64,000 nucleotides of DNA from Limnothrix sp. BL-A-16 (lineage in GTDB: Bacteria > Cyanobacteriota > Cyanobacteriia > CACIAM-69d). The notes under the pieces were generated by a model, which searched no databases, had not been told where the DNA came from, and saw nothing but the letters and a program-made list of their open reading frames with translations. The position numbers and the translations under genes were made by a program. Each line of letters starts with the position of its first letter. Positions within the stretch are counted from its first letter, which is position 1. Location: the NCBI GenBank assembly GCA_041937175.2, contig CP166615.1:352001-416000 (forward strand), given 5' to 3'. Of this stretch, positions 60,356-64,000 are shown piece by piece.

Positions 60356-63300
60356 ATGAGTAGCTTCAACCTGTCCGCTGGTTCGATTCGGAAACCGATC
60401 CCCACGATTTTGGCCTGTTTGGTGGCGGCCATTTTGGGGGTTGCCTCCTTTTTGAATTTGGGCATTGACCAAAGCCCAAATATCGATGTACCGGCGGTGT
60501 CCGTCACGGTGATTCAACCCGGCGCGGGGCCCGTGGAACTGGAAACGGAGGTGACCAAAAAGGTTGAAGATGCGATCGCGGCTTTGGGCAACATCGACCA
60601 AATGACCTCCACGGTGACCGATGGGCGATCGTTCACGTTGGTCAACTTTGTGCTGGGAACCGATGCTAACCAGGCTACCAATGATGTGCGCAATGCCATC
60701 TCCCAGATTCGATCGAGCTTGCCCGCTTCGGTGGATGAGCCATTGGTCGATCGGGTGGAATTCAGCGGCGGGGCGATCATGACCTACGCCTTGTCGGGTG
60801 AAGGAAAATCCGTTGAAGAACTGAGCGATTTGGTCGATCGCACCATTGCCCGGGAATTGCTGTCCGTTTCGGGCGTGGCTCAGGTGGAGCGATTGGGGGG
60901 CGTGAGCCGGGCCATTCGGATTGATTTGGATCCGGGGCGACTGTCGGCCTATGGGATCACGGCCACCCAGGTGAATGACCAAGTGCGATCGCTCAATGCC
61001 AACTTCCCCGGTGGCCAGGTGGATGTGGGCGGCAGCCAGCAAACCATCCGCACCTTGGGCAGCGCCCGCAGCCTCAGCCAACTGCAAAACTACCGCATTA
61101 CCCTGGTCAATGGCGGCACAATTCCCCTCGCGAGCCTGGGCCGTGTCAGCGACAGTTTCACAGAACCCAAGGAAGCAGCTTTTTTGAACGGGGAACCAGC
61201 GGTGGCCTTTTCCGTGCTCCGCAGCACCGGCAGCACCCTGGTGACCGTGGAAGAAAATGTCACCAAGGCGGTGGCGGAACTGCAAAAGCGCTTGCCTAAT
61301 CTCAAATTCGATTTGATTTTTAGCGATGCGGATCCAATTCGGCAGACCTATCGATCGACCGTTGAGGAGCTAATTTCTTCCTGCATCCTGACCACGATCG
61401 TGGTGGGAATCTTTCTGCGTAACGTTCGTTACACGTTGATTGCGGGGGCGGCCCTGCCGTTGTCGATCATTCCCACCTTTGCGGTGATGCAAATGCTGGG
61501 CTACACGCTCAACAGCATGACCCTGCTGGCCTTGGCCCTGGCGATCGGGAACTTGATTGATGACGCGGTGTGCGTGGTGGAGGATGTCGATCGCCACTTA
61601 AACATGGGCAAATCGCCCCGACAGGCGGCCTTGGATGCATCGTCGGAATTGGGCTTTTCCCTGCTGGCCACCGCCGGAACCCTGATCGGGGTGTTCTTGC
61701 CGGTGGCCTTCATGGGCGGCATTCCGGGGCAATTTTTCCAGCCCTTTGGGGTCACGGTGGCCGTGTCCACGGTCTTTTCCACCACCGTTGCCTGTACCGT
61801 CACGCCGATGATGAGCGCTTACCTGCTGAAACCCAAGGCCAACCTGGAACTGGTGGCAGAGGCGCGATCGACCGAAGCTCAACCGGGCCCCTATCGCCGG
61901 GTGCTGGTTTGGGCCCTGCGGCATCGGGTCGCCACCTTGATGATCGCGATCGCCTTTTTCATCGCCAGCTTGCAGTTAGTGCCCTTCATTCCCAAGGGCT
62001 TGTTTAGCAGCGGTGACACGGGTCTCAGCACCGTGGAAATTGAACTGCCACCGGGCACGCCCCTCGAAGAAACCGTGGAAGTCATGAGCCGTACCTACGG
62101 CCTGCTGAAGGCAAATCCAGCGGTCGATCGGGTGTTGTTTGCCGCTCGCCAAAACAACCTGGCCACCGGCTATGTGAACCTGAAACCCGAAGACCAACGC
62201 AGCGTCACCCAGCGGCAATTTGAGCAACAGATGCGGGAGCAGTTCAAGTCGATCGCCGGGGCCCGGGTCACCTTCCAAAGCCTGCAAAGCCGGGGCGGCA
62301 CCAGCAAAGATCTGCGAATTGTGCTCAAGAGCGAAAACCCGGAACTGCTGACCAAAACCGCCGCTGACTTGGAGCGACAAATGCGCGGCCTGTCTGGCTT
62401 GGTGGAAGTCACCTCCAGCGCCAGCCTGGTGAAGCCAGAAGTGGCGATCATCCCCGATGTGCAACGGGCAACGGACTTGGGCGTTTCGGTTCAGGCCATT
62501 TCCCGCACCGCCACCCTGGCCACGATCGGGGATAACGAATCGAGCTTGGCCAAATTCAACCTGAGCGATCGGCAAATTCCGATTTGGGTGAAAATTGCCC
62601 CTCAGTTCCGCAGCAACATCGAAACCCTCGAAAATCTGCGGGTTCCCGGTCGCAATGGAGCCATGATTCCCCTCACCAGCGTGGCGGATATTCAACTGAT
62701 CAGCGGGCCCGCCCAAATTAACCGCTACAACCGATCGCGCCAGGTCACCCTAGATGCCAACCTGCAAGGCATCTCCCTGGGCACGGCCCTGGAACAGATT
62801 CGCGCCCTGCCGGCCATGAACCCCTTGCCCCCCGGCATTGAAGAAGAACCGGCCGGCGATGCCAAAATCATGCGCGACATCTTCAGCCGCTTTTTGTCCG
62901 CCCTGGGCTTAGGGGTGCTCGCGATCTACGGGGTGTTGGTGTTGCTCTACAACAGCTTTCTCTACCCGATTGGGATTCTGGCGGCCCTGCCCTTGGCCAC
63001 GGGAGGCACTTTCCTGGGCCTATTGGTGATGCAAAAGGAACTGGGCCTCTTCGCCCTGATCGGGATTGTGCTGCTGATGGGGCTGGTCACCAAAAATGCG
63101 ATCCTGCTGGTGGATTTTGCCCTCGAAGCCGAACGCCACGGACTTCCCCAATCGAAAGCCGTGATTGAATCCGGCGTGGCCCGCCTGCGCCCGATTTTGA
63201 TGACCTCCGTGTCAACGGTGGTGGGGTTGTTCCCCCTGGCCTTGGGCTTAGGAGCCGGAGCCGAAGAGCGCAGCCCCATGGCCGTCGCCGTGATTGGTGG

Positions 63301-63442
63301 ATTCACCACCTCAACCCTGTTGACGCTGCTGGTGGTGCCTGTGCTGTTTACCTATGTGGACAATATCCAGCACTGGTTCAAGCAACTGGTGGGAATTGAG
63401 CCGCGCCGCCGTCGAGCCGTCCGCAAAGTGCTGGAGTCGTGA
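60356..63442 (+). CDS. RND efflux permease (AcrB/HAE1 family)
   Basis: 1028 aa; PGAGP.E.E..VT..VE, IDDA, GLVTKNAILLVDFA, RLRPILMT. Confidence 0.95.
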   Translation: MSSFNLSAGSIRKPIPTILACLVAAILGVASFLNLGIDQSPNIDVPAVSVTVIQPGAGPVELETEVTKKVEDAIAALGNIDQMTSTVTDGRSFTLVNFVLGTDANQATNDVRNAISQIRSSLPASVDEPLVDRVEFSGGAIMTYALSGEGKSVEELSDLVDRTIARELLSVSGVAQVERLGGVSRAIRIDLDPGRLSAYGITATQVNDQVRSLNANFPGGQVDVGGSQQTIRTLGSARSLSQLQNYRITLVNGGTIPLASLGRVSDSFTEPKEAAFLNGEPAVAFSVLRSTGSTLVTVEENVTKAVAELQKRLPNLKFDLIFSDADPIRQTYRSTVEELISSCILTTIVVGIFLRNVRYTLIAGAALPLSIIPTFAVMQMLGYTLNSMTLLALALAIGNLIDDAVCVVEDVDRHLNMGKSPRQAALDASSELGFSLLATAGTLIGVFLPVAFMGGIPGQFFQPFGVTVAVSTVFSTTVACTVTPMMSAYLLKPKANLELVAEARSTEAQPGPYRRVLVWALRHRVATLMIAIAFFIASLQLVPFIPKGLFSSGDTGLSTVEIELPPGTPLEETVEVMSRTYGLLKANPAVDRVLFAARQNNLATGYVNLKPEDQRSVTQRQFEQQMREQFKSIAGARVTFQSLQSRGGTSKDLRIVLKSENPELLTKTAADLERQMRGLSGLVEVTSSASLVKPEVAIIPDVQRATDLGVSVQAISRTATLATIGDNESSLAKFNLSDRQIPIWVKIAPQFRSNIETLENLRVPGRNGAMIPLTSVADIQLISGPAQINRYNRSRQVTLDANLQGISLGTALEQIRALPAMNPLPPGIEEEPAGDAKIMRDIFSRFLSALGLGVLAIYGVLVLLYNSFLYPIGILAALPLATGGTFLGLLVMQKELGLFALIGIVLLMGLVTKNAILLVDFALEAERHGLPQSKAVIESGVARLRPILMTSVSTVVGLFPLALGLGAGAEERSPMAVAVIGGFTTSTLLTLLVVPVLFTYVDNIQHWFKQLVGIEPRRRRAVRKVLES

Positions 63443-63520
63443 TCTTCGCCACAGGGATGCTCCCCAAGAACGGCATACAATCAGGTTAGAACTGGCGAAT
63501 CTAAGCCTGGGGGTGTCCCG

Positions 63521-63730
63521 ATGTTGGTCATGCTCCTGAACAGTGGCTTGTTGACCCCAAAAGATGTTTGCCAAGGTTGCCTGTGGGCCGATCGCACGGG
63601 TAACCCACGTTGGCGGAATGGTCATCTCTCCTGTGCCCATGCGGTGCGGCCTGCCGCCGACAACCAACCCGCTTGCTATGAATGTGAGATGGGTTTTCTC
63701 TTAGCGGATGTTTGCAGCCACTCTGGTTAA
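63521..63730 (+). CDS. Small Cys-rich hypothetical protein
   Basis: 69 aa; CQGC..AD..G.PRW..G.L.C and YECEMGF, a pattern I recall from small cyanobacterial proteins. Confidence 0.7.
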   Translation: MLVMLLNSGLLTPKDVCQGCLWADRTGNPRWRNGHLSCAHAVRPAADNQPACYECEMGFLLADVCSHSG

Positions 63731-64000
63731 GCCTTTCGTTGCGTGATTTTCAGTGACCTGTGGATGGCGGGTGTGGCAATTAGGTTGACCATGCCCGCCT
63801 CTTGCTATCAAATTTCCTATCAAATTTCCAGAGCAGTTTTAACCAATAGCCCAATCATGCCGCTCAATTGATCAACTGAATTGGGTGACTGCATGAGGCG
63901 GTTGAACTGAGATCAAAATCTCCATTAAACCAGGATACTTTGATTGGGTGAGATCTCCATTCGCCTTGATGGAAATGACGCGACTTGCTGGCGAATTCCC

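Noticed and set aside
58748..63442. RND pump lacking an outer-membrane factor
   Set aside because: Cyanobacteria commonly use one TolC-like protein encoded elsewhere.

Overview
Chromosomal window from a beta-cyanobacterium, indicated by very frequent HIP1-type (G)CGATCG(C) sites, beta-carboxysome genes and petB/petD. Most content is core genes: a CHASE2 adenylate cyclase, iaaA, mnmE, rpsF, tgt, lptA/B/FG, futA, an EF-G paralog, glcE/glcF-like genes, ndhF4-ndhD4-cupB divergent from ccmK-L-M-N-O, ctpA, petBD, sbp, exbB/exbD, obgE and an RND efflux pair. I saw no rRNA, tRNA, CRISPR array, transposase or prophage. Four things stand out. (1) Two paralogous TonB-like proteins have a His-bearing TM anchor and Pro-rich linker but a non-TonB C-terminal domain; one is directly upstream of exbB-exbD, the other is frameshifted and lies next to futA behind Fur-like boxes. 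(2) Two MITE families with different terminal inverted repeats carry the same central 20-bp palindrome (10 copies of the palindrome here), and a third MITE carries a REP pair. (3) Degenerate 10-11-bp tandem arrays occur in intergenic regions. (4) There is an orphan TAXI protein with a TM helix and SHOCT-like tail, a His-less EF-G paralog, and a CcmM whose gamma-CA domain looks inactive. All family assignments come from motif recognition by eye, not database searches.
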